Notes: generated by a model not told the origin, from the sequence alone. Positions 11,760-22,409 are shown, counted from the stretch's first letter. The stretch is 29,337 nucleotides of DNA from Octopus sinensis (GCF_006345805.1 NW_021833167.1:1-29337); one strand, 5' to 3'. Made by a program: numbers and translations.

Positions 11760-11913
11760 AAGAGATAGAGAGATGGGTAGGTATGTAGGTAGGGAGGTGG
11801 GTAGTGAGAGAGAGAGTGAGTGGCGGAGATAGACAGACAGAGAGAAAGAAAGAAAAAAGATAGATAGATAGATAAACAGACTGACGGGCAGACAGACAGT
11901 TAGATAGACAGAC

Positions 11914-11968
<55 letters not shown>

Positions 11969-12081
11969 CAGACAGAAAGAATGATGCATGGATGGCCGGA
12001 TGGATGAAGAGAGAGAGAGAGAGACGGAGACAGACAGACAGACAGAGCGAAAGAATGATAAACAGACGGACAGACAGACAG

Positions 12082-12137
<56 letters not shown>

Positions 12138-12176
12138 TTAAATAGAAATAGATAGACAGTTAGATAGATAGGTAGG

Positions 12177-12216
<40 letters not shown>

Positions 12217-12300
12217 CACAGACGGACGGACGGGCAAAGAAGCAGGCAACAAACAGACGGATTTTGGGTGGGTTGATAGGTGAGTGGATGGATGGATGGA
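11760..12300. repeat. (GA)n, (GATA)n and (GACA)n purine-rich microsatellites
   Basis: Read directly. Confidence 0.9.
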
Positions 12301-12605
12301 TGGAAAATCAGTTCACACAATTTATGTATAATTTATACAAAGCCAAACAATATAGATAGACAAACGGACAAGTAATTATGTATATTTGATGCATCCGCTG
12401 CTGAAGACGGCGTCTTGTTTTCACCCTTTGGTATCTATTTACGGCTCCGATGAAGGGAGATCTGTCAATTAATTAATTAACTAGGATCACCAGGACTATA
12501 ACCGAACGCTGTTGATTGACTGCCAACCTGGCTTTAATTAGCGTTGGTCAACAGGTGGGAACCACAGTGACCTTTACAGTATTCAGCTGTGTGTGTAAAC
12601 TGCCA

Positions 12606-13051
12606 AAATAATTGACCCTTTAGGATACGACGAAGTGAGGAGGCGGATATCATTATACGTAAACTGAACGAAATGCAGGTGTGGCTGTGTGATTAAGAAC
12701 GATGTGGTCGTGATTAAGAACCATGTGGTCGTGGGTTCACACCCGTTGCCTGGCACCTTGGACATGTGTCTGCTATTTATTTATAGCTTCGAGCCGACCA
12801 AAGTCTTGAGAGTGGATTTGGTAGACAGAAACTGAAAGAAGCGAAGAAGCCCATTACATATATATATCCACTCTCAATGCTTTGGTCGGTCCGAAGCTAT
12901 AAATAGCAGACACATGTCCAAGGTGTCAGGCAACGGGTGTGAACCCACGATCACATGGTTCTTAATCACCCGGCCACACCTGCATTTCGTTCAGTTTACG
13001 TATAATGACATCTGCTCCTTACTTCGTCGTATCATAAAGGGTCAATTATTT
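12606..13051. repeat. Fold-back inverted duplication of a SINE A 5' half plus ~70 bp of its flank; 48-bp spacer
   Basis: 12606-12817 matches the reverse complement of 12866-13051, including the non-SINE flank aaataattgacccttta.gatacgacgaagt and private SINE variants. Confidence 0.9.
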
Positions 13052-13059
13052 ATATATAT

Positions 13060-13439
13060 ACTCTTTACTCTTTATTTGTTTCAGTCATTTGACTGCGGCC
13101 ATGCTGGGGCACCTCTTTCAGTAGGGCAAACCGATCCTAGGACTTATAATTTGTAAGCCTAGTACTTATTCCATCGGTCTATTTTGCCGAACCGCTAAGT
13201 TACAGGGACGTGAACACACCAGCATCGGTTGTCAAGCGATGCTGTGGGGACAAACATATACACACATATACACATATACGACAGGCTTCTTCCAGTTTCC
13301 GTCTACCAGATCGACTCACAAGGTTTTGGTCGGCCCGAAACTTTAGTAGAAGACACTTGCCCAAGGTGTCATGCAGCGGGAATGAACCCGGAACCATGTG
13401 GCTGGTAAACAAGCTACTTACCACACAGCCACTCCTACG

Positions 13440-13440
<1 letters not shown>
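13060..13440 (-). mobile_element. SINE family A, near full length
   Basis: Tail tttactctttatttgtttcagtcatttgactgcggccatgctgg through head gaacccggaaccatgtggctggtaaacaagctacttaccacacagcc. Confidence 0.9.
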
Positions 13441-13492
<52 letters not shown>

Positions 13493-13639
13493 ATGTGTTT
13501 TACTACAATAATCCCTATCTAATCGTCAAGACGTTACATGATAGGGATTAACCAGTGGAATTTTGGGGATTATATAATCACTAATGTGGATGTAACATCC
13601 TGGAATTTACTATATATATATGTGTGTGTGTGTGTGTGT

Positions 13640-13815
13640 ACGTGCTTGTGTCAAGCACCGATTGATAACTAGAGTTGGTAAGTTAACGCCCCTGTAGATT
13701 AACGGGGTTCGGAATAAGATATCGATAGCGTAAATGCCAGACATTACAAAACAAGAATTAGTTCATGGTGGTGCCCCAGCATGACCGCATTTCAAGAACT
13801 ACAACAAGTAAAAGA
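13640..13815 (+). mobile_element. Old, diverged SINE family A 3' half
   Basis: Ends ggtggtgccccagcatgaccgc...acaagtaaaaga. Confidence 0.55.
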
Positions 13816-14102
13816 TAAAATATAATACAAAAAAATAATAATGCCGTCTATTCAGTAGCTCCAGACTCCAGGGAAGCTGTGTCTCCTCGGAAAATCTTTG
13901 TGGTTGGTGGTACCGGATTGTTGGCTCTTTCATTGGCGCCAAGTTCTAATCATCGAAAGTGATCCACATTTTGTAATTGTGCATTTGTCACGCGAGGTCA
14001 ATAAAAGAAGCGAAACAGTCATTATTAAAAACCTGGTATACGACTGAGGCTGTATTTAATTAAAACTTTTACTCTGTCGATAGACCAGTTGCTGCAGTGT
14101 TA

Positions 14103-14549
14103 TTTTTAGATATGAACATACTTTTGTTAAAAAACACAATAGCTATCAAAAAAAAAGACGGAAATATGTCCCAGCTGGAGCCAATGAATCCTTTCTTTGC
14201 GTTTTCTTATATCAGGGACAAAGAATTTTCGTTCCAGCATGTGGGTGGCTGTGAATACACGTCATTGACGAAGCGCAAAACGACCGAAATGTTTCTGACG
14301 GTCTCGACTCCCGCTGCTGGCATAATTTTTAGATATGGATGCTATTGTTAAAATACACAATAGCTGCCAAAAAGAGACGGAAATGCGTCCAAGTAGGGGC
14401 CAAGGAATCCTTTCTTTGAGTTTTCTTATATCAGAGACAACGAATTCTCGTTCCGACATGTGAGTGGCTGTGAATACACGTCATTGACGAAGCTCAAAAA
14501 CACCGAAATGCTTCTGACGCTCTCGATTCCCGCTGCTGGCATAATTTTT
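14103..14549. repeat. Tandem duplication of a ~223-bp unique segment (2 diverged copies)
   Basis: tttttagatatg at 14103 and 14326; shared ggctgtgaatacacgtcattgacgaagc and cccgctgctggcataatttt; two 2-bp indels between copies. Confidence 0.9.
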
Positions 14550-14759
14550 TGACCCTCTCAGATATTTATTGTGCTCTTAGCACAGCAAATCCATTAGCGA
14601 TGTTATCTCGGGTCAAATACTGCAGTAAACTGGCCTATCTAAGTTTACGAAAGTGTCATGGCGAGAATTGGATTTTGATGTTTCATTGTTGTGTTTAGCC
14701 AGAGAGACAGACAGACAGAGTAAGAATGATGGAAAGAGGAAGGGAAGGAGAGAGAGAGA

Positions 14760-15490
14760 AAGAAAGAATGAGACAAAAATACTCAACTTGTAAAACATCT
14801 TTGTTTCTCTCTCACTTACTTTCTCTCTCATTCGTTCCCATTTTCTTTCTCTCTCACTTGCTCTCTTTTCCCCTTCTTCAGTCCTCTCTCATTTCTTTCT
14901 CACTCTCTCTCTCTTTCTTTCTCTCTCTCTAGATATCTTGGTCTCTTTCTCTCTCGTTCTCTCTTTTTCTCACGTTCCCTTTCTGTCTCTCTCTCCTTCG
15001 CTCCCTTTCACTGTCTCTTGTTCTCTCTCACCCCCACACTCTCTCTCCACCTTTCTCTGTCTCAGCCTCTGTCTCTGCCTCTCTCTCTCTCTCACTCTTT
15101 CTTCCTTATACCAATTCTCTTTTTCTCTCTCATTTTCCACTTTCTCTCTCTCCCCTTCTCTCTCTCTCTTTTTCTCTTTCTCTCTCTCTCTAGATATCTA
15201 AGTCTTTTTCTCTCTCGTTCTCTCTTTTTCTTACGTTCCCTTTCTTTCTCTCTCTCTCTCCTTCTCTCCCTTTCACTGTCTCTTGCTCTCTCTCTCTCTC
15301 TCCCTTTCTCTCTCTCTGCCTCTGTCTCTCTCTCCTTCTCTCTCTCTCTCTCTCTCCTTCTCTCTCTCTCTCTCTCCTTCTCTCTCTCTCTCTCTTTCTT
15401 CCTTGTTCCATTTCTCTGTTTCTCTTTCATTTTTCTCTCTCATTTTCCACTTTCTCTCTCTCCCCTTCCCCTCTCTTTCTCTCTCTTTCA
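14760..15490. repeat. CT-rich low-complexity tract containing a ~260-bp tandem duplication
   Basis: tctctagatatct and acgttccctttct...ccctttcactgtctcttg each recur (near 14925/15185 and 14970/15230). Confidence 0.8.
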
Positions 15491-15809
15491 GATATTAACA
15501 TCCGATAACCCTAAAACACCGATTCCTTTGACCCCTAGCTCCTGCAATTACAACATACAAAACGCTATCTGAAATCTAATTCTTCGCCTTCAGAGCTTTT
15601 AGCCGCCACAGACCATCCACTACAGGTCATCCCAACTCACAAACGCCATTGATTGCAACGGTCAACGTATCTTTCTTGTCTTTAATGACCTTTGATTGGC
15701 CAGAAAATTACGTATGCCGGTACCAGGAATATGAATAACTCATTGAATTTTAACTGCGACGTCTTACGTATTTTGATCTCTTGCAATAACATATGCAATC
15801 TTATATATC

Positions 15810-15813
15810 ACCA

Positions 15814-15849
<36 letters not shown>

Positions 15850-15913
15850 TTTATACATATATATATCTATGTGTGTGTGTTTGTGTATACATATATATAT
15901 ATACATACGTACG

Positions 15914-15949
<36 letters not shown>

Positions 15950-16014
15950 TTTATACATATATATATATCTATGTGTGTGTGTTTGTGTATACATATATAA
16001 TATACATACGTACG

Positions 16015-16048
<34 letters not shown>

Positions 16049-16088
16049 CATATATATTTATACATATATATATCTGTGTGTGTGTGTT

Positions 16089-16135
<47 letters not shown>
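15810..16135. repeat. ~90-bp microsatellite-derived unit repeated about 3 times, adjoining a SINE A 5' fragment (~16150-16235, - strand)
   Basis: (CATA)n-tatttatacatatatatatct-(GT)n recurs three times. Confidence 0.75.
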
Positions 16136-16702
16136 TAACTCTAAGACTCTAAGTAGAAGACACTTGTCAAAGGTGCCACGCGATGAGATTGAACCTGGCA
16201 TCATATTGTTGGGAAGCAAATCACACAGCCACGCCTGTTTGATTTATTTACTTATTCATTTGTTGCACTCATTGAACTACTGGTCACGCTGAAGCGCCAA
16301 CGCGTTAGTGTAGTGGAAAGGCGTTGCACGAATTTGCATGTCCTCCTTGAGTTTAGTGAATTGCATTTCCTCACGTTTTCATAACACGTATAACATGAAT
16401 ATACCGCGTGATAATCTACGAAATAAAAAAAAAAACGAAAATAACACCATAAGAAAAAATAAAAAAAAACGCAATTAGTTATTGTGTTGTTAAGATATAG
16501 AATTTCCATCTTTCTAGCTTTGAATCAACCATACACTGCATTCATGCAAATGGCTCTTATGTTTTCGATACTAAATCAGTTTTGATCAATCAGGAAGTAT
16601 CTTTTTTTTGTTTGTTTGTTTGTATGTTCTTTTTTACTCATATCACAATGATGAAATATGTTGTAGTCGTAAACATATATAGAAATATCTATTCTTGTAT
16701 AT

Positions 16703-18071
16703 CATGGGTTCTCGACGATTTTTTAAATTTTATCTACGGATCCTTTTAATTATTATTTTATTCAGGTGCACCTCCATAGCCATTCGATGTTTAAAGACTT
16801 GTTTTATAGAAACGTCTTTCAAAATTTCTATTTGGTTTTTCATACATTCAGTTGCGTACGTAGAACTATGTAAAATGTTAGAGAAAGATACCTAGGTGTT
16901 TCTTGCAATACGTACATCTAAAGCAGGTTCTCAATCTCTTTTTTTTTTATCTTTGAACCCTTTTAATTACTATTTTATTCAGGTGGACCCCGATAGCCAT
17001 TTGAGGTTTAAAGACTAGTTTTATAGAAACTTCTTCAAAATTACTATTTTGATTTCCGAGAAAGAAATCTAGCTGTTTCTTGCAATACATACTTTTATAT
17101 TCTTCTATACGTAGGATATACAGATTTCATGAACGGAGTGTCAATGACTCTCGCAACAACATCTCCCCCTTTGAGATTTACCTCCCAGGGAAGTTTAATA
17201 TTTCTTTCGTTTAGGCACTACTTCCAACCATTCTGTTTGTTTCCTCTTTCTTGTGCTGCTACGCCTAGGTTCGACTCCCTGTGGCGTTGGAACGTCAACG
17301 ATGTCGTAGAGCACTTCCATGGGTATCTCTTTTCTTTTTCCCGTATATCTATTTTTTTAGCTAGTTTAAATGTCTTTTGTATTCCCAGTTTTTCGCCTCT
17401 TATCAAATATGTCGTTTTGCCTGTTCGTTTTGTAAGTACTCCGCCTTCCCAATCATGTCATCCTTGTCGTCTCTTTTATATTTTTCTATACGTTGGGTAT
17501 ACAGATATCACGAAGTGACGATAGACACAACTGTCTTCACACGACGTACTTCAAATTTCTCCACTAAACACGATTCTACAATAAATACAAACTCTCAACG
17601 ATATCAACGACTTCTGTCATCTCAACCAATTTGCTATTCTTTATAAGAGTTCGGCTAGTCCATTCTTAAAATAATTGACTACAGCTGTTTCGGTAACATT
17701 TTATTGATGCATTTATAGATCACATCACAATGACTCTCACCACAACACATACCAATACATACATCTAAAGCAGGGTTTCTCAACTATTTTTTATATATGG
17801 ACCCATTTAAATACTGTTTTATTTAAGTGGCCCCACATTATCACTAGATGTTTAAAAACCAGTTTTATAGAAACTTCTTTCTAAATTACTATTTCGTTTT
17901 TCGAGGAAAAACTCTAGTTATTTCTTGCATTACATACCAATGCGTAAATCTAAGGAAAAAAATTTTCAGAGGCCCTTAAAATACTATTATGGATCCCAAA
18001 TTTACTAATTTGTAGTGTGGCCCACACAAAAAATCTTATATGGATTCTTAGGGCCCGGTTGAAAACCACTG
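16703..18071 (+). mobile_element. hAT-like MITE cluster: two truncated 5' arms (16703-16912, 16924-17092) and one complete 301-bp copy (17771-18071)
   Basis: TIRs cagggtttctcaac (17771) and gttgaaaaccactg (to 18071); shared interior gttttatagaaac...tttcttgca. The hAT call rests on CAG(G/T)G-type termini; no intact 8-bp TSD is seen. Confidence 0.6.
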
Positions 18072-18399
18072 TTGCATATCTAGGGTTTCATAATATAATG
18101 TGTACTTCCTCATCGTAGGACGGGTGTGTGCGATGTACAAAGAGATTTGCTTGCTATTTTTAGCAGGCCTGGTGAACATGTAGATAAACTCCTCTCCGCA
18201 AACACCGTACAATTCGCTGCGTTTGCCATTGTAAGATTGTCGCATAGTTCCTAGAGTTGTTGTGCTAACATACGCGCGTGTGTATGTGCGTGTATGTTTA
18301 TGTATGTATGCATACACACACACATACATGCACACACGCACAACACACACACATACACATTCATACACACATATGCACACACACATATTCATTTATTCT

Positions 18400-18890
18400 T
18401 ATTCATTTACATGGTACATCTTACAGCGGCCATGCTGGAGCACCACCTTGAAGGGGTTTTTATTCGAACAAATCGACCACAGGACTTATTCTTTGTAAGC
18501 CTAGTACTTATTCTATCTATAGGTGGCTGAAGATTGCTCGACATTTTAAAACTGATGTAATACTTATAGTGTTTAATAAAATGAAGTAGCATGAAACGAT
18601 CGTACCACATTACCTCGGATATACTTGCTTATTTTGATTGGAATCACCCCATGGATTTATATGGATAATACCATACAAAATTCTGGTGCCTTTTACTTAA
18701 GTACCATATTCATCTGAATCTATATATATATATACGACAGGCTTCATTCAGTTTCCGTCTATCACATTCACTCACAAGCATTTGGTCGGCCCTAAGACAT
18801 AGTAGAAAACACTTGCCCAGGGTACCTCACAGTGGGACTGAACCCGGAACAATGTGATTGAGAAGCAAGCTTCTTACCACACAGTCACGC
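18400..18890 (-). mobile_element. SINE family A split into 3' (18400-18516) and 5' (~18730-18890) parts around a foreign ~200-bp segment
   Basis: The SINE match stops at ctagtacttattctatc and resumes at tatacgacaggcttc. Confidence 0.75.
18523..18608 (+). ncRNA. Type I hammerhead ribozyme motif (Penelope-type, palindromic minimal stem III)
   Basis: gtgg-CTGAAGA-ttgct...agcat-GAAA-cgatcg-TA-ccac. Stem I gtgg/ccac, both core boxes intact, stem III acgatcgt is self-complementary, and the cleavage triplet is GUA. The stem II closing pair is a U-U mismatch. Confidence 0.65.
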
Positions 18891-19159
18891 CTCTATATTT
18901 TATCTTTAACCATTCAACCATGATTATTCTACTCATATTCCAGCAGATTTGCGTTAAATTACGCACCTGATCCGTGTGAGAAATTTATTATCTTTCATCC
19001 GCTGAACGCGGCGGTAATTTGAGATAAGCTCTGGCTTTGTGCGTTTAATTATCCTTAATTAGTAAAACCTGACTGAATTAATTGCTCAGGGATAAGATAT
19101 CTTGAGCAGGGGTAAGAAATAATTAGCGCTAACATGGAAAAAATTAGTCTCTTTTACCC

Positions 19160-19430
19160 TCTTACTTATTTCAGTCATTTGACTACGGCCGTGCTGGAGC
19201 ACTGCCTTTAGTCGAACACATTATTTTATGAAACCCTAGATATGCAACAGCGGTTTTCAACCGGGGTTCATATAGGCCCGAAGAATCCATATAAGATTTT
19301 TTATGGGGTCCACACTAAAATTAGTAAATTGGGGATCCATAATAGGATTTATTCTTTGTAAGCCAAGTACTTCTTCTATCGGGCTTTTTGCTCACCAACA
19401 TCAGCTGTTAAGCAATGGAGGGGGGATTAA
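19160..19430 (-). mobile_element. SINE family A 3' part interrupted by a 130-bp inverted copy of 17984-18103
   Basis: SINE ...cctttagtcgaaca | insert 19216-19345 | gatttattctttgtaagcc... Confidence 0.8.
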
Positions 19431-19474
19431 CACACACACTCACACACACACACACATACATACACACACATATA

Positions 19475-19905
19475 GTGAAGGCGCATGGCTCAGTGATTAG
19501 AGCGTAGAGCTTACGATCGTGAGGTTGTGAGTTCGATGTCCGGACCGGGCTGTGTCCTGTGTTCTTGGGTGGAGGCACATGGCCTAGTGGTTAGAGCAGC
19601 GGACTCGCGGTCGAGGGATCGCGGGTTCTAATCTCGGACCGGTCGATGTGTGTGTTTTTATGAGCGAAAACATCTAAGCTCCACGCGGCTCCGGCAGAAG
19701 GTAATGGCGAACATCTGCTGACTCTTTCGCCGCAACTTTCTCTCATCTTTCCTCCTGCATCTTGCAGCTCACCTGCGACGGACCGGCATCTCATCCAGGT
19801 GGGGAACCTATACGCCAAAGAAACCGGGAAACCGGCCCTTATGAGCCAGGGATGGCTCGTGAAGGAACAAACAACAAAAAAACTGTGTTCTTGGCAGTAC
19901 ATTTG
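19475..19905 (+). mobile_element. SINE family C (19569-19882) inserted with a 12-bp TSD into another tRNA-derived SINE head (19475-19568)
   Basis: TSD ctgtgttcttgg at 19557-19568 and 19883-19894. Inner head ggcacatggcctagtggttagagc...gggttctaatc carries A/B boxes and the tail is aacaaacaacaaaaaa. The outer head is tggctcagtgattag...gagttcgatg. Confidence 0.85.
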
Positions 19906-20079
19906 TCACAATATTAGTACGCATGTCCTTATGTTAGTAAACAGCCATTGTCTCAGTGCTCCTTTCATTAAATCAGTACATTTATCATTGACTTAGTGCA
20001 GTTGTTCTTGCCGCGGTACACTTGTTACTTTCACTTTAGGAACGTCGCTGAAAAGTTTAAATAATAACATACTCTTTCC

Positions 20080-20492
20080 TCTCTTTTACTCTTTTACTGG
20101 TTTTAGTCATTTGACTGTAGCCATGCTGGAGCACCGCCTTTAGTCGAGCAAATCGACCCCCAGGACTTATTCTTTGTAAGCCTAGTAGTACTTATTCTAT
20201 CGGTCTCTTTTGCCGAACTGCTAAGTTACGGGGACGTAAACACACCAGGGTCGGTTGTCAAGCGATGTTGAGGTGACAAACACAGACACACAAACATATA
20301 CACATACATAAATATATATATATATGTACATATATGCGACGGGCTTCTTTCAGTTTCCGTCTACCAAATCCACTCACAAGCTTTGGTCGGCCCGAGGCTA
20401 TAGTAGAAGACACTTGCCCAAGGTACCACGCAGTGGGACTGCACCCGGATCCATGTGGTTGGTGAGCAAGCTACTTATAACACAGCCACTCC
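20080..20492 (-). mobile_element. SINE family A, near full length
   Basis: Tail ttttactggttttagtcatttgactg through head gggactgcacccggatccatgtgg. Confidence 0.9.
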
Positions 20493-20519
20493 TGGTTATG
20501 TATGCAGACAAAGCAATTT

Positions 20520-20963
20520 AATTTCTGACTATAAGCATAAGGCATGAAGTTTTGTGGGGAGGGTATGCTCGATTACGTCAACCCCAAACTCATCTGGTAC
20601 ATATTTCATCGACCCTAAAAGGACGGAAGGCAAAGTCAACCTCGGCGGAATTTGAAACCCTAAAGACGGACGAATTACCTATTTCTTTATTACCCACAAG
20701 GGGCTAAACACAGAGGGGACAAACAAGGACAGACATAGGTATTAAGTCGATTACATCGACCCCAGTGCGTAACTGGTACTTAATTTATCGACCCCGAAAG
20801 GATGAAAGGCAAAGTCGACCTCGGCGGATTTTGAACTCACAACGTAACGCAGACGAAATACCGCTAAGCATTTCGCCCGACGCGCTGACGTTTCTGCCAA
20901 CACGCCGCCTTTGACGGCCGAATTACCGTTAAGCATTTTGTCTGGCGTGCTAACTGTTCTGCC
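20520..20963 (-). mobile_element. Full-length SINE B (20680-20912) inserted with a 15-bp TSD into the head of an older related SINE (head 20928-20963, body ~20520-20664)
   Basis: TSD on - strand: ggtaattcggccgtc (20913-20927) and ggtaattcgtccgtc (20665-20679). The young copy starts aaaggcggcgtgttggcagaaacg and ends aataaagaaata. Confidence 0.85.
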
Positions 20964-21114
20964 GATTCTTTGTAAATGCACAAAAACCGTTTTAAGGGCT
21001 ACATACTTTGTATTGTTGTTATTGCATTAGCGAAGCAATTATGAGAACGGAACCAATTAAGAGATAAGCCCCACTTTCCTGGTGATTAATGGGTACGTCA
21101 GCTAGTATACATAT

Positions 21115-21184
<70 letters not shown>

Positions 21185-21599
21185 GAGAATACAAGTGGAG
21201 CTTAAAATAATTTACTACAGCTGTTTCGGTAGCATTTTATTGATGCATTTATAGATCACATCTCAGCATAAAACCACCATCCTCAAAAATTTAGTACAAG
21301 GTTCAATTCGCTCGGCTAAACGTTTTCAAGTCGGTGTCCCAGCACGGCCGCAGTTTAATGACTGAAACAAGTAAAAATTACAAGATACATATATATATTT
21401 TTTATATATATATATCACTGGTTTGCATTCATTATCGAGGCTTATAGGATTCGATGCCAGTACAAACTAATCGGTCCAGGCTCCACGTATACGGATACTC
21501 TAACAACGATTTAGATTGGTTTGTTATATTGGATTAGAGACGAATATTCTAATACTGTGCACCCGAACTAGCGCAACACGATATATATACGTATACATA

Positions 21600-21683
21600 T
21601 TGACGAAAGAAAGATAGAGAGAAGGATGGATGGATGGATGGATGGATGGATGGATGGATAGATAGATAGACAGATAGATAGAC

Positions 21684-21750
<67 letters not shown>

Positions 21751-21850
21751 AGATAGATAGATAGATGGATGGATAGGTTTATACGTGAAGAGAGAGAGAG
21801 AGAGAGAAGGGGGAGAGACAGACGGACAGACAATCAGACCGACAGTCAAG
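21600..21850. repeat. (GGAT)n/(GATA)n/(GA)n microsatellite
   Basis: Read directly. Confidence 0.9.
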
Positions 21851-22349
21851 CAGAGTTAGATAAGAGAGAAGTGGATTAAGAAAGTGTGATATAGATATAT
21901 AGATAAACAGGTTGGTACTTGATAGATAGATAGATAGATAGATGGATAGAAACATGGATAGGTATTGGGTAGGTAGGATAGATAAGCAGGTAAAGAGACA
22001 GGTAATTGCCTACCTGTATCGGTAAATACCTTCTCAAAACCTCAGATCTTCGCAATAAATGCATCATCATAGATTTGGAATGGTTAGCTGCTTAATTTAT
22101 TAGCGGCAAGTATTCCCAGCTGAGCCGGCGATTTGTGTGTTGTTTGTAGAACCAGTGGGGTGGGTGATTGAGTCATTAGGTATGTAAGGGGTTGAGAAGT
22201 TGGTCTATCGTTAATTAAGCACGTGCTTGTAAATGTGGGGAAACGTTTGACGCCGAATGAGGGAAGGTTGGGGCGGAAATTATAATTATTAACCTCCACG
22301 TAACATTCCTGTGCGTAGCAAAAGAAAAAAAAGAAACAGCTCTTTTCTC

Positions 22350-22409
<60 letters not shown>

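Noticed and set aside
12430-12515. ccgatgaagg...ccgaacgctgt as a hammerhead
   Set aside because: Both cores are degenerate and stem II does not abut a GAAA.
13855-13962. KIFVVGGTGLLALSLA resembling a Rossmann GxxGxxG motif
   Set aside because: The third Gly is missing, a stop follows within a few codons, the donor is weak and no further exons are seen.
19475-19640. tRNA genes
   Set aside because: A/B boxes are present, but there is no acceptor stem or oligo-T terminator; they continue into SINE bodies bounded by a TSD.
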